The position numbers were made by a program, and so were the translations under genes. A stretch of 64,000 nt of DNA from Candidatus Pacearchaeota archaeon (GTDB lineage: Archaea > Nanobdellota > Nanobdellia > Pacearchaeales > GW2011-AR1). Of this stretch, positions 9,665 through 20,775 are shown piece by piece (position 1 is the stretch's first letter; the number at the start of each line of letters is the position of its first letter). Where the stretch lies: NCBI GenBank assembly GCA_964202455.1, contig CAXNIJ010000001.1:46080-110079 (forward strand). Reading direction: 5' to 3'. The notes under the pieces are model-generated. The model was given only the letters and a program-made list of their open reading frames with translations, ran no database searches and was not told the DNA's origin.

Positions 9665-12600
9665 CTCTCTTCCAAAAATACTCTCAATATACATTTGATT
9701 AAGCTCCAAACTCTCTCTTAAATATTCACTTACTTGATAATCTCTAGCCAAATCCATTGCAGGTTGCATATATTTCAAAATACTTCCTTCTGAAATAGTG
9801 AATATTAATTTCCCCCCACATTTCAAACATTTACCTACTAAGGGTGGCCTTCTATAGCTTTCATTACATCCCACGCATCTAAATGCTTGCATAGAAAACT
9901 TCCTCAAATTACCACGAGTATCTCGAATAAAATGTCTTTCAATAATAAGTCTGGCCACATCTTTAACATCAACTGCCCTAATTTTTTTACATAATTCCAT
10001 CATAGATTTAACTTTATCTTTCATAGTTGGTAAAGATTTGTAAGAAGAATTCAAAACTCCAAGATTAATATTTGAACAATTATGGGTGAACATTGTTCCC
10101 GTGAATGGGTCTCTTCCGCTTTTTAGTCTAGATTTTACATTATCCATTTTAATTTCTGAAGAATGTTTTCCTTGTTCGGCCAATTGATAGAGTTCTAGTG
10201 GATATGTAGAAAGTTCAAAGTCTAGTATCTGGTCGTCTACGTCTCCCGCGCGAATACGTACATTTAGAACAAGTGGAGCATCTTGCGTCCCTCCTCGGTG
10301 GGCTGGTAAAAACTTACGAGAAAAATTTAGTAGCAAATCCATTAATAGCATCACCGCTGCTTCATCACCATCGCAGTCGCGCCTCATTGCTGCATGCATA
10401 AATGGGCTTGCAAGCATAGTCTGTGTTTTAGAAAATCCTATCAACCTTCCAACTGTCGCGGTACAAATATGTGGGGCAATACAAACAATCAATTTTCCGA
10501 GTAAGTCTTCACGAGTTTTAGCATTAAAATGTCTTGGCAAACCATAAAGTTTTTCAAGCTCATCATCAACAAATTGAGTAATTCTCAAAAAAACATCATC
10601 TGCTCTTTCATCTGGAGAAACAGGGCATGAAGGAAGAATAACATCATGTGCAAACATCTCAAGTATCTGTGATTCGTTCGTCAAAGGCGCGCCAAATATA
10701 TCCTTTTCATAACCTAATGTTTTTAATTTTTCAACACTAGCTCCAATCTCTTCAGGTTTAAAATGGGTAATCGTCATTTCAGTCATGTCATATCTTATAG
10801 TTCCATCTTTGTTGACGTTAAGTTGATACTTGGATCGGAGTAGTCCCTTAGCAAGATGTTCACAACTGTGGTCTTTGCTTGAAGTCCCTCTAATACCTTT
10901 AACTAATGGAACATCTTCGTTACGTAAATGTAGTTGTTTACGTGCAAAATCAAAATGTTGCTTAATATCTATCGATCTTTTTTTGTATTCTACAGTTCTC
11001 TCCCCCTCAATTTCTCCTTCAAGTACAATTCTGTCTGATTTGGGAGCATATCTTAATTTTATACATGAGCCGTTACATTTTTCACATCTGGGATAAATAG
11101 ATTCAATATCGCAAACTTTACAATGATAAAGAGAGAATTCTGCAAAAACACTTCCAACTTCAACCGCTTCTTGAACGCTCCTTAGTCTTCCTCCCTCTTC
11201 ACCTACTGGAAAAAGAACGTGCGGGCTTCCAATCAATTTACGTAGTTTCGATTTCTCCGGCCTACCCATTCTCGCGCCAATATATGTTCCAGATTTATCT
11301 TTTATATTGAAAAATGAAAATTTCCCAATCATTTCTAAAGAAGAGATTTCAGTAAATGTACTCATAATTGCAAGTCGCGATAGAACTTTCTCAGATAATG
11401 ATCCTTCTGAATATTCAATCCCTAAATTAGCAAACAATGCTTCTGCATTTTCGCAAGAAACAATTACATTGTCCAAAAAAACTTGATGTTCGAATCCAAT
11501 CAATTCCATCGCTCTTTTTGCAGAAGCTAGAAGTTCTCTTTCGCTAGAAGCATAAGGTAGAATTAATTTTCCTTCTTTTATTTCTCCTCGCCCAATCCAT
11601 TGGAGAAAATGAAAAAGTTGTTGTATTGTTATTTCTCTCCAAAAAAATATCCATCTGGGATGTAGTGCAACACCATATTGTTTAGAATATTCTTTTGCCT
11701 GTTTAACTGAAACATTGAATGCGTCAAAATCTGCAATGTCTGGCGCGGCCTTCTTTAGTTCTAAACTCCACCATTCTTCAACATATCCTGGTTTAAGAAG
11801 TTCATAATTTCTATTTGCAACATCCCCAAATGAGACAAGTAAATCTCCAAGATATAAAATTTCAACCGTATCTGGATAAATTTTCTGCGATTCTTCATAT
11901 GTCCATAATCTCTTTACGCTTCCATCTTTTAATCTTACAATTGGTCCGTCTATGCTATCGCACAATGAAATGGCGCAGCCTTTTGTTGGTTTCTCTATTT
12001 TTAACTGTGTTCCAAAAGAAAGAAAATCATCAGATATACCCATTGTTGCTGGATGTACACTTGTTGCAGAAAATCCTCCCGTTCGACTCCGACCATATCT
12101 AAATCTAAATCCTCCTGATCGAGATGGATGACTAAATACTGGTCTTCCTGCAACAAGATCTTTAATATATGTGGGGGAAGAATCTACGCTTCCTTTTTCT
12201 CTTTTCTTATGAAGTTCAATATATGCATCCAAAAATTCCCATCCTGTTGCCTTAAATCCCTTTGCTTGTGCTCCCCTAAGTAAACGTAGGCCTTTCTGTG
12301 CCTTCTGTGCAAGACCTTCTGAAAAAATAAGACACATTCCTCCCCTTATGAAATTCGTCTCAACTCGAGGTAAATCCTTATAATTAGAAACTTCTCTATC
12401 TTCACTAGGTTCTCCATGAATCTGAATTGGAATATTTTGTGCTAGAAAATAGATCTCTTCTTCAGTAGGAAGATATTGTAAGTTATTTACTCTTTCGTGA
12501 TAATCGTAATTCTCTGTAACGTATCTCTTTACTTCTTGTTCATCTGGATCAAATTTTGCAAATCCAAAAGTCTCTCGTAAATAATCAATTAACATTAATA

Positions 12601-13081
12601 CTACACAAGAAGCCGTAGTTCCCGCGCTTCTAATTGGGCCAGAAAAATATGCTTGCAAATATTCTTCTCCATTTTTAGTTTTAGCAACTTTAATTTCTGT
12701 AAAACCTTCAATCGGTGAAGATACAACTCCAAGAGTGATGTATGAAAAACCCACCCTTATTCCTGCATCCATGGCTTGAAGAAGACTTTCAAATTTACAA
12801 TATCGCTCTCGAGAAATTTCTTCGGCTATTTGAAATGCCACAGAAATATCAAGTTGCCCATATTGTTTTTCAAGATCAATAATTCGATCAATAATTTTTT
12901 TATCTTGTAACTGGGGATAGATTGTTGAAATAAGTCCTATTGACTTTTCAGCTAAAGTCATTGCAATGGGAATTTCTACATCGCTTACCGGATCTAGTCC
13001 CTGTATTCTAGCTTGTCTAGCAAGAGCAAAACTTTTCTGCACTTCGCTTTCAATATTTTCAAAATGTTGTTCGCTATTCAT
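9629..13081 (-). CDS. polC: DNA polymerase D large subunit DP2
   Basis: GPIRSAGTT, GGFRFRYGRSR, IGARMGRPEK, catalytic RRDCDGDE, C-terminal CxxC zinc motifs; no intein visible. Confidence 0.97.
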   Translation of the reverse strand: MNSEQHFENIESEVQKSFALARQARIQGLDPVSDVEIPIAMTLAEKSIGLISTIYPQLQDKKIIDRIIDLEKQYGQLDISVAFQIAEEISRERYCKFESLLQAMDAGIRVGFSYITLGVVSSPIEGFTEIKVAKTKNGEEYLQAYFSGPIRSAGTTASCVVLMLIDYLRETFGFAKFDPDEQEVKRYVTENYDYHERVNNLQYLPTEEEIYFLAQNIPIQIHGEPSEDREVSNYKDLPRVETNFIRGGMCLIFSEGLAQKAQKGLRLLRGAQAKGFKATGWEFLDAYIELHKKREKGSVDSSPTYIKDLVAGRPVFSHPSRSGGFRFRYGRSRTGGFSATSVHPATMGISDDFLSFGTQLKIEKPTKGCAISLCDSIDGPIVRLKDGSVKRLWTYEESQKIYPDTVEILYLGDLLVSFGDVANRNYELLKPGYVEEWWSLELKKAAPDIADFDAFNVSVKQAKEYSKQYGVALHPRWIFFWREITIQQLFHFLQWIGRGEIKEGKLILPYASSERELLASAKRAMELIGFEHQVFLDNVIVSCENAEALFANLGIEYSEGSLSEKVLSRLAIMSTFTEISSLEMIGKFSFFNIKDKSGTYIGARMGRPEKSKLRKLIGSPHVLFPVGEEGGRLRSVQEAVEVGSVFAEFSLYHCKVCDIESIYPRCEKCNGSCIKLRYAPKSDRIVLEGEIEGERTVEYKKRSIDIKQHFDFARKQLHLRNEDVPLVKGIRGTSSKDHSCEHLAKGLLRSKYQLNVNKDGTIRYDMTEMTITHFKPEEIGASVEKLKTLGYEKDIFGAPLTNESQILEMFAHDVILPSCPVSPDERADDVFLRITQFVDDELEKLYGLPRHFNAKTREDLLGKLIVCIAPHICTATVGRLIGFSKTQTMLASPFMHAAMRRDCDGDEAAVMLLMDLLLNFSRKFLPAHRGGTQDAPLVLNVRIRAGDVDDQILDFELSTYPLELYQLAEQGKHSSEIKMDNVKSRLKSGRDPFTGTMFTHNCSNINLGVLNSSYKSLPTMKDKVKSMMELCKKIRAVDVKDVARLIIERHFIRDTRGNLRKFSMQAFRCVGCNESYRRPPLVGKCLKCGGKLIFTISEGSILKYMQPAMDLARDYQVSEYLRESLELNQMYIESIFGREKEKQESIAKWF

Positions 13082-14642
13082 TTTTTTCTCTCCGAATCAT
13101 TTCATCTTCATCTCCAAAATCAAGAATTTTTAGTTCACGAGTCTTTAAATTCAGAACTGGAACTTTTGCGGGATCTGGAATATTTCCTACTTTCTCTTCA
13201 AAGGGAGTCTGTCCCTGCCAACAACTTCCAGTAATAATCAAAACACCATTATAATTCTCTATATCTAGTCTGTGTACTTCTCCAGTACATAATACGTCAG
13301 GAACTTCCCCGATAACTAACGGATCTCTATCCACATTTGGAATATATACAACTGAGGAATGTGTGGGGGCAAGATGTCTTCTCTTTAACATGTGTCTCAC
13401 TGCTTTCGCAGGCGTACGATGTGCCTTCATAAGTCTTAATTCGGGAATCTCACTAATAAATGTGTGAATACTTGCGCCATGATACATTAAGACCTTAAAC
13501 TCTTTCTGCCCCTCTATCAATTTAACAAGTGTGGGATTTGTAACTAAAATTAAATTCTCGAGTTCATACATCTCTGCTGCATAACTCTTTGATAAAACGG
13601 GTTGTGGTTCGGCAACTCTCACGGCATCGTGTTGTCCGGGACACATAAACATGGTGATCTGCTTAGGAATTTGTTTTAAATATGAAGCAAGTAATGCATA
13701 TTGTTCTTTCATACTCTTCAATTTCAAAACGTTTTCTTGTCCTGGAAAAATGCCCACCCCATCTACATTATCTCCTACAAAAAAAATATATTTTATTTTA
13801 TGCGCTAGAGGATCGTCTCCTTTTATCCAGTTAAGAAAATTTTGTAAGCTTTTCCCTAAATGTCTATCGCTTCCGCAATGCATGTCCGATAGAAAAGCAA
13901 TACATGTCTCTTCTTCAAATCTAGCTTTATCGGGTATAAATGCGTCTGGATAATAAACATCTTGCACAAAAACCATATCTCTATTACCTGAGCCCTTTAT
14001 AGCGATTACGTCATCAAGTTGAATCTCTCCTGCAATAATTGCAAGCTCTTTTTTATCTACTCGTAGCATTACTGAAATTTCTCCAGTTAAGTCTTCTAAA
14101 ACTAAAATCATATTTTTATTCTTAGTTATTCTTTTTTCTCTTACCATCCCTATGATACTTAGTTGTTGTCTATTGCTTGAAATTTTGCTTATGGACATTA
14201 AACTTGTAAGATCAGGTCTTTGCATTAATATTCTTTGTAATTGTTGATATCTTGCGCGAAAATTCCCCGTAAAATCAGAAACTGTGAGTTTTTTATCAGT
14301 CTTAGTGTCTGCAGTAAATATCTGATATTTGTGTTGAAATTGTTCATCTGGAATTTTAACGACTTCTTCTTTTCGTATTTCTAAACTTATCCCCAAAGTA
14401 ACTATAACATTTTCAAGTGTCGCCTTGTCTTTACCTGCAAGTTTGGCAATTGTTTGTTGTAAATATGAACTATTACTATGTAGAATGGATTTTGTTATCA
14501 TTTTTTGTCCAGAATATCTTTCAAGCCCTTCTAAAAATGTTTTAGCATTCTCCAAATCTCCAAAACTATTTAATAAATCAAATACTTCTCTTTCAAGTAA
14601 GAGTCCACGTGATTTAATGTGGCGTAAAAGTTCTTCATGCAT
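13074..14642 (-). CDS. polB: DNA polymerase D small subunit DP1 (proofreading exonuclease)
   Basis: OB fold (LEDLTGEI), phosphoesterase motifs SDMHCG, GDNVDG, PGQHD, YHG, RRHLAP; overlaps DP2 start. Confidence 0.95.
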   Translation of the reverse strand: MHEELLRHIKSRGLLLEREVFDLLNSFGDLENAKTFLEGLERYSGQKMITKSILHSNSSYLQQTIAKLAGKDKATLENVIVTLGISLEIRKEEVVKIPDEQFQHKYQIFTADTKTDKKLTVSDFTGNFRARYQQLQRILMQRPDLTSLMSISKISSNRQQLSIIGMVREKRITKNKNMILVLEDLTGEISVMLRVDKKELAIIAGEIQLDDVIAIKGSGNRDMVFVQDVYYPDAFIPDKARFEEETCIAFLSDMHCGSDRHLGKSLQNFLNWIKGDDPLAHKIKYIFFVGDNVDGVGIFPGQENVLKLKSMKEQYALLASYLKQIPKQITMFMCPGQHDAVRVAEPQPVLSKSYAAEMYELENLILVTNPTLVKLIEGQKEFKVLMYHGASIHTFISEIPELRLMKAHRTPAKAVRHMLKRRHLAPTHSSVVYIPNVDRDPLVIGEVPDVLCTGEVHRLDIENYNGVLIITGSCWQGQTPFEEKVGNIPDPAKVPVLNLKTRELKILDFGDEDEMIRREKNE

Positions 14643-14674
14643 GTTTAGTTACTCCTAATAAAATGTAAAACATA

Positions 14675-15880
14675 TTATAGATACAAGGATTTATGAAGCA
14701 TCTCCTCCGCTTTTTCTAGCACTACAGGGGGAAGCATTAATTTAATCTCTCTGGTTCTTCCCTGCCTCCCTTTACTGATTACTCTAGTATTGATGAGGCC
14801 TAGCATATCAAACTCTCCAAGAATATCTGATACTCTTCTCTGTGTAAGAACCTCATTACGCGTCTTCTCACATAAATCTTGATATGCATTATAAACATCT
14901 CCCGTAAATATTTCTTCAACTTCTTTATTTTTATGGAGTGCTACTGTCGCGGCCAAAACTAATTGAAATTGTTTAGGAACTTTCTCAACGATATCTAGCA
15001 TTTTATCTTTTTCTATCTTCTGATTAGCAGTGTCTATATGTTCAACTCTAATTTTTTTCTCATTTTCTCTCTCAGTTAACTCTCCTGCAACTCTCAATAA
15101 ATCAAGTGCTCTTCGAGCATCCCCGTGCTCTCGAGCTGCATAAGCGGCGCATTTTTCTATAACTCCCTCCGCCAAAACTCCCTCTTTAAATGCCTGCAAA
15201 GATCTGATTCTGAGAATATCTTGTAATTGCAAGGCATTATATGATGGAAATACTAATTCTTCTTCACTCAGAGAACTTCTAACTCTTGGATCTATGTTAT
15301 CCATAAATGTCAGACTATTACTAATTCCAATTATACTTATTTGTGCATTCTTAAGTTCCGAATTTAATCTGGTAAGTGTATAAATAAATCTATCTGAAAT
15401 TTTTTTCACAGCTTCATCAATTTCATCAAGAATAATAATCACTACTTGTTTTTTAACATCTATAAGCTCGATAAATTTAAGATATACTTGATCTGTGGGT
15501 AGTCCTGTGGCGGGAATCGTTCCTTTTAGTTCATGAATCATCTCTGCAACGATTCTATACTCTGTGTCCGCCACCTTTTTTAATTTACAATTTACATAAA
15601 TAAATTGCAAATAATTTTCCCCCATCTCTTTTAGTTTTTCAAGGATTTTATCTCGAACATATTGTACACTTAACGTTTTTCCGCTCCCCGTATTCCCATA
15701 TACAAACAAATTACTAACTCTCTCTCCCCTTAAAGCCGGAGCAAGAATCGACGCCACTGCTTCAACTTGCGCCTCCCTATGGGTGATTTGTTCAGGAGTA
15801 TAGTTGGATTGAAGAACGGATTTATTCTTAAATAAATTATTAGATATAAAAGAACTAAAAATTTTATCCAGTTTATTCAT
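14675..15880 (-). CDS. cdc6: Orc1/Cdc6 replication initiator
   Basis: Walker A GNTGSGKT, Walker B ILDEID, GDARRALDLLR, wHTH ISKGRQGRTR; start placed at ATG 15880 after AGGTGA ribosome-binding site. Confidence 0.96.
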   Translation of the reverse strand: MNKLDKIFSSFISNNLFKNKSVLQSNYTPEQITHREAQVEAVASILAPALRGERVSNLFVYGNTGSGKTLSVQYVRDKILEKLKEMGENYLQFIYVNCKLKKVADTEYRIVAEMIHELKGTIPATGLPTDQVYLKFIELIDVKKQVVIIILDEIDEAVKKISDRFIYTLTRLNSELKNAQISIIGISNSLTFMDNIDPRVRSSLSEEELVFPSYNALQLQDILRIRSLQAFKEGVLAEGVIEKCAAYAAREHGDARRALDLLRVAGELTERENEKKIRVEHIDTANQKIEKDKMLDIVEKVPKQFQLVLAATVALHKNKEVEEIFTGDVYNAYQDLCEKTRNEVLTQRRVSDILGEFDMLGLINTRVISKGRQGRTREIKLMLPPVVLEKAEEMLHKSLYL

Positions 15881-15940
15881 CTCTTTTTCACCTTTGAAAA
15901 TAAACACCTTTTCTCATTATAAACATATCGCTTTTCTAAG

Positions 15941-16037
15941 CTTCATTTCCACTGAAGAAGAAGAAAATATAAAAGAAAAAAGACTAATTCAAACAAATTA
16001 TCTTAAAATAACAGACACCCTCATTTCCACTCGAGAA
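15941..16037 (-). promoter_or_regulatory. Two ORB-like Orc1 binding sites upstream of cdc6 (candidate oriC or autoregulatory sites)
   Basis: Minus strand TTCAGTGGAAATGAAG (within 15941-15960) and TTCTCGAGTGGAAATGAGGGTGT (16015-16037) resemble the archaeal ORB consensus TCCAGTGGAAA...GGGG. Confidence 0.75.
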
Positions 16038-16083
16038 TAATCTTTTTTTAATCTTCAAATCTTCAAATTAACACGAATAAATA

Positions 16084-16128
16084 TAGATACTATATACTAT
16101 ATACTATATACTATATACTATACTATAC
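16084..16128. repeat. AT-rich tandem repeat (TATATAC)x4 plus (TATAC)x2, candidate DNA unwinding element
   Basis: Direct reading of 16091-16128, preceded by variant TAGATAC. Confidence 0.8.
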
Positions 16129-16329
16129 AAAACTTTATAAAGGAAAAGAAGAGAAAGAAAAATCCCTCTATCCTTTTTAAACATTTTCTTTTTCTCCATA
16201 CGCAACCATGGGGTCACACCCCCCACAACTTCAAGACTCGTCTTCTCACCTCATAATCTTCCAGTCACACGTTCCCAAGAGTAAAAAAAACAGGCAAAGA
16301 TTTATATACAAAAGCTTTCTCCAGTACAT

Positions 16330-16590
16330 ATGGGATTAGAAAAGAGGCCGTTAAAAGATATAATTGGAAAATTAGTAGTTACAAAAGAAGGTAGAAGACT
16401 TGGGTTTGTTAAAGATCTCAGTTTCGAAACTCGCACTGGCGAACTTATTCAATTAATTTTAAAAGACCCAACACCATACACTAGAAATCTCAACCTAGAA
16501 CTCTCTCCAAATAAAGAAGCGCTCATTCCTTACAACACAATAATCGCAATAGGAGATTTTGTCGTTATATCCGAAGAAGATTTAATCTAG
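16330..16590 (+). CDS. PRC-barrel domain protein (CdpB-like)
   Basis: IIGKLVVTKEGRRLGFVKDL...TGEL...IPYNTIIAIGDFVVI. Confidence 0.88.
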   Translation: MGLEKRPLKDIIGKLVVTKEGRRLGFVKDLSFETRTGELIQLILKDPTPYTRNLNLELSPNKEALIPYNTIIAIGDFVVISEEDLI

Positions 16591-16637
16591 TTCTTAAATA
16601 AACAAATCTTTAAAAACTCTCATTTATACATTTCACC

Positions 16638-17075
16638 ATGAACATCATAGGATTTAATTATACTCAAGTTAGCGCATATAAGTCACAAACATTCAAAACA
16701 CCATTTACAATAAATACGAATATTGAATTTTTGTCTATTGACAAAGAAAAATTAGACATTCTTAAAGACACCGAAGCAATTCCAGCAAAATTCAAATTCA
16801 CTTTAGAATATCACGAAACAGATGAAAAAATAGCAGATAAAAAAGGACAAAAGCAGGGAGAAATATCTTTCGAAGGAACGCTCGTCCTTTCAGCAACAAA
16901 AGAAGAAGCAAAAGAACTTCTCAAATCCTGGAAAAAGAAAGAAATTCCTCAAAACCTTCGTCAACCACTCTTCAACACCATTTTACGTAAATGCACTTTT
17001 CGAGCTCTCGCTCTCCAAGAAGAACTTAATCTTCCAACTCACATAAATATTCCTCTAATTGAATTCAAGAAATAA
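16638..17075 (+). CDS. Conserved archaeal hypothetical protein
   Basis: 145 aa, IGFNYTQVSA...GEISFEG...ALQEELNLP pattern. Confidence 0.7.
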   Translation: MNIIGFNYTQVSAYKSQTFKTPFTINTNIEFLSIDKEKLDILKDTEAIPAKFKFTLEYHETDEKIADKKGQKQGEISFEGTLVLSATKEEAKELLKSWKKKEIPQNLRQPLFNTILRKCTFRALALQEELNLPTHINIPLIEFKK

Positions 17076-17437
17076 TATAGATTCTCTAGACTGTCAAGGG
17101 GCGATAAGAAATTTAGATTTAATGTTAGGCAATATCCAATCTACACCAAGTCCCTTGCACGATAGATCTTACCACCCCATCCATCAACTACCTCCTTCCT
17201 TCTTTTTTCATTCGGAGAAGCAGTCTTACACAATAGAACTAGACGGAACAATGTCCATACAAATCAATCAAAAAAATTCTCTCAATCTAAACCATAATTA
17301 CGATTTTAGCATTTAATTTATTACTCGATCTTACCAATTGGAGAGTCAAAAGGGAATAGCTATTTTCACTCAAGATATTTTGACACTCTGTGTAAAGCAC
17401 TTCTGAGTTTGCTAGGTGACAAACTCAAGTTATTAAC

Positions 17438-18142
17438 TCATAATCTCCCCATTTCTCCAAAATCCATAACTTCAAGCTTCTCCCCCACAACCCAAATTCT
17501 AAATTTCTTTAAATCTAATTTCCATGCAAGACCCAAATCACTATTTCGAACATCACTTCCCACACTATGCTCACTAAAACTAGGCACAACAATTATTTTC
17601 CTTCCTTCAAATTTTCCTTCTAGAAAACATTTATATTTCTCACTCTTTACTCCATCTTCCAAAACAATCGCCGGATGCGCATGCCCCATAACCCACATTT
17701 CGACTTCCTTAGAATAAATCTCTCCAAAATCTCGATCTCCATGTAAAAAGCAAACTCCATCAGTACAATAAAAATTTCTTACTTCACTATTCTCTCTAAC
17801 TAAAAATCTCTTAAGTGCATCGTGATTTCCTTGCACAATTACTATTTTCTTACATTTCTCTCCAAAAAATTCCAACAACTTTTGAAAATCCTCTCGTTCT
17901 TGTCCTAGAACTGTTCCAAAAACGTGCTTCACATCTCCAAGCAAAACAACTTCATCAACATTCCCTGTTCTAGAAAATATCTCTTCAAAATCTTCCATCA
18001 TCTCTCCAAATAACTTTCTTCCCACACCAACACCAGAAATATTTAGAGCTTCTTCATACCCCAAATGTAAATCCCCAACAACAAGTATTCTTTTTCCATC
18101 AACTTCAACAAGCAGACATTTTCCAATATATGAAATTTCAAC
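17438..18142 (-). CDS. Metallophosphoesterase associated with Lhr helicase
   Basis: GDLHLG, LLGDVKH, GNHD, HGD, GHAHP motifs; coupled to the lhr stop (start MVEI). Confidence 0.9.
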   Translation of the reverse strand, partial: VEISYIGKCLLVEVDGKRILVVGDLHLGYEEALNISGVGVGRKLFGEMMEDFEEIFSRTGNVDEVVLLGDVKHVFGTVLGQEREDFQKLLEFFGEKCKKIVIVQGNHDALKRFLVRENSEVRNFYCTDGVCFLHGDRDFGEIYSKEVEMWVMGHAHPAIVLEDGVKSEKYKCFLEGKFEGRKIIVVPSFSEHSVGSDVRNSDLGLAWKLDLKKFRIWVVGEKLEVMDFGEMGRL

Positions 18143-20726
18143 CATTTTTCTTCCCTTCAATCGCCTTCAGGTGCAATTCATGCATCCTCTTTAAAAATGA
18201 GGCCTTGTCTTCCATCTTTATCAAGTCGCTTCTTCCCTGCATAACTAAGCTCACTCCAAAAGGAGAAACTATCGGTGTCCTAATATGTTTAACTTTCAAT
18301 TTCCCACTTTCGATCCATTTCAAAACTTCTCGAGCACGTGCAACATCCATTAAATCTTCAAACACCTCGCGCCGAGCTTCACGCAAGATCGGAAATTCAT
18401 TACTTAGTTGCTTCACAGCACGAAATAAAAATTCAGAATGTACTTGTTGCCTTCCAACACTTTTCTCTCTTCCCTTATACTGTCGCAGAATCATTAAACT
18501 CCTCCCAGCACAATGTCTAAATCTTCTCTTAAGTATATCTGTCCTCTCAATCGCTTCCTTCAATATCATCTCTAGATTTTTACTAGTCACAAATTTCAAT
18601 ATTGCTTCTTCATCTAAACTCTCTCCTGCAATAAAAAATCCATTATCTGTAATTCCTATTTCTATATCTCTGTGCTTTAGGCGCGCAGCAGCATATGCGT
18701 ACGCACGAGACAGCGAGTCATTCACTCGCCTACCAAATAAACTATGAAAAACCAAATATTCTTTATTTTCTTTAAATTTTTCTACCACCATAGTTTTGTC
18801 ATCTGGTATCTCTGCAAAATCTTCTTGTTCTTTACAGTAAGAATATATCTCTTGCGCAATTCTCTCATTACAATAAATATGGCCTCTAATAAACTGAATA
18901 CAACTTTTCTTTTCTCCTAGTCTTTCTTTCACAAGTCTTCTAAATCTCTGTATTTCCAGAGCAACGTCAAAAGAGAGGGGCAGCATCTCACTAAACCATG
19001 AAGGAATAGTGGGATTTCTAGACACATTCGCCCTCACAAAAGCTTTCATCCCTCTTGAAAAAAGAAATTGATATTTCTTTCCACCTAGAACAAATATATC
19101 TCCCCTCTTCATTCGCTCTAGAAATCCCTCATCTATCTTTCCGATCGTTTCCCCTCTCCCCTCCCCTGCCCCAACCATAACAGAAATAAATCCTTCTGCA
19201 GGAATCGTCCCAATATTCGTCATATAAAGTACTCTCGCCAGTTTTCCTTTCTTTCCTACTTGCCTAGTAACTGAATCATACCAAATCTTAGCATACACAT
19301 GTCTATGTTCAAGAGCATAATCTCCAGCTAAATAACTTACTACATCAAAAAAATCTTCTTCTGACAGTCTAGAATAACAATAACTTCTCCTAATCACTCG
19401 TAACATCTCATCTACATTCCAAATTTTACTTATTGCCATCCCAAATATCTGCTGGGCAAGAACATCAAGACAATTCATGGGAATACTTGCCCGGTCAATA
19501 TGTTTCTCAATCATCTCTTTCATTAGTATTCCACATTCAACAAGATCGTCCCTATCAAGAACCAAAAATCTTCCCTTAGGTTGACTATGTAGCTGGTGTC
19601 CTGCTCTTCCAATTCTTTGTAGTGCACGACTAACACTCTTAGGACTCTTCAATAGCACAACTAAATCAATACTTCCAATATCAATTCCAAGCTCAAGAGA
19701 TGTAGAACTGACAACAACTTTCAGCATTGATTTTCTAAGCTTATCTTCAATAATAAATCTCTCTTCTTTACTCATACTACTATGATGTGCCCCAATTTCT
19801 CCAACATATTTTCCAGGAAAATGCATATCAAGATAATGAATAATTCTCTCAGTCGCAGCACGAGTATTAGTAAATATCAAAGTAGTTTTATGCTCTTGAA
19901 TTAATTCATCAAGAAGATGATATAGTTTCTTTTGCCCCTCCACGTTTTCTGCTTCAAGAATTGTTTCTCCAGGATAATCCATTCCAATATCAATTCCTTT
20001 CAATAATTTTACTTCTGCAATATGGCATTCTCTTCCTACCCCAACAAGAAACTTTGCAATCTCTTCAAGCGGAGAGATTGTAGCACTTAATCCGATTCTT
20101 ACGGGATCAAATACACTCATACTACACAAATTCTCTAGAGCCAAGCTCAAAAACACCCCTCGTTTATTAGTCATTGCATGTATCTCATCAACAATAATAA
20201 ATTCTAGTCCTTTCACTTTTTCAACGAACTTTGGTGTAACTAAAACTATTCCCAGCGATTCAGGAGTAGTCACATAAATATGCGGCGCCTTCTTTGCATG
20301 TTTCGCGCGTTCAGCAGGAGTTGTATCTCCGGTTCTTAGACCCACACGAATCTCTTGCAATTTTATTCCCTTTCCTTCAGCAATTTTCCTTATTTCTTCA
20401 AGTGGAGCAATCAAATTTACAAAAATATCATTAGAAAGTGCCTTAAGGGGGCTTATGTAAACAGCATAAATTTTCTCCTCAAGTTCATTCTTTTCAGCAA
20501 GAGTGACAAGATAATTAAGAATTCCCAAAAATGCAGTAAGAGTCTTCGTTCCACCCGTAGGCGCACTTACTAAAATGTTTTTTCTATCCCAAATAGTCTT
20601 TACTCCATAAAGCTGCGTCAAACTAAAATCTTTAAATCTTCCAAAAAACCATTCGCTAACGAGTGGATGCAAGATACCTCGCACAGCACTAGAATCATGC
20701 GGTTCCATAAATGTTATTTCGCTCAT
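18138..20726 (-). CDS. lhr: Lhr-family SF2 ATP-dependent helicase (Lhr-core)
   Basis: SPLKAL, TTPESL, DEIH, GLSAT, SSTSLELGID, QRIGRAGH, IPSWFSE; Walker A variant APTGGTKT. Confidence 0.93.
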   Translation of the reverse strand: MSEITFMEPHDSSAVRGILHPLVSEWFFGRFKDFSLTQLYGVKTIWDRKNILVSAPTGGTKTLTAFLGILNYLVTLAEKNELEEKIYAVYISPLKALSNDIFVNLIAPLEEIRKIAEGKGIKLQEIRVGLRTGDTTPAERAKHAKKAPHIYVTTPESLGIVLVTPKFVEKVKGLEFIIVDEIHAMTNKRGVFLSLALENLCSMSVFDPVRIGLSATISPLEEIAKFLVGVGRECHIAEVKLLKGIDIGMDYPGETILEAENVEGQKKLYHLLDELIQEHKTTLIFTNTRAATERIIHYLDMHFPGKYVGEIGAHHSSMSKEERFIIEDKLRKSMLKVVVSSTSLELGIDIGSIDLVVLLKSPKSVSRALQRIGRAGHQLHSQPKGRFLVLDRDDLVECGILMKEMIEKHIDRASIPMNCLDVLAQQIFGMAISKIWNVDEMLRVIRRSYCYSRLSEEDFFDVVSYLAGDYALEHRHVYAKIWYDSVTRQVGKKGKLARVLYMTNIGTIPAEGFISVMVGAGEGRGETIGKIDEGFLERMKRGDIFVLGGKKYQFLFSRGMKAFVRANVSRNPTIPSWFSEMLPLSFDVALEIQRFRRLVKERLGEKKSCIQFIRGHIYCNERIAQEIYSYCKEQEDFAEIPDDKTMVVEKFKENKEYLVFHSLFGRRVNDSLSRAYAYAAARLKHRDIEIGITDNGFFIAGESLDEEAILKFVTSKNLEMILKEAIERTDILKRRFRHCAGRSLMILRQYKGREKSVGRQQVHSEFLFRAVKQLSNEFPILREARREVFEDLMDVARAREVLKWIESGKLKVKHIRTPIVSPFGVSLVMQGRSDLIKMEDKASFLKRMHELHLKAIEGKKNG

Positions 20727-20775
20727 TTCCCCTCGCCTCCAAAGAACTATTTAACACTTCGCCTTCACGACAAAG

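Noticed and set aside
9629..15880. Inteins in DP2 or Cdc6
   Set aside because: Lengths are normal and no C...HN/C splice motifs or homing-endonuclease inserts were seen.
17059..17316. 85-aa ORF with TTG start
   Set aside because: No recognisable motif and uncertain start; left unannotated.
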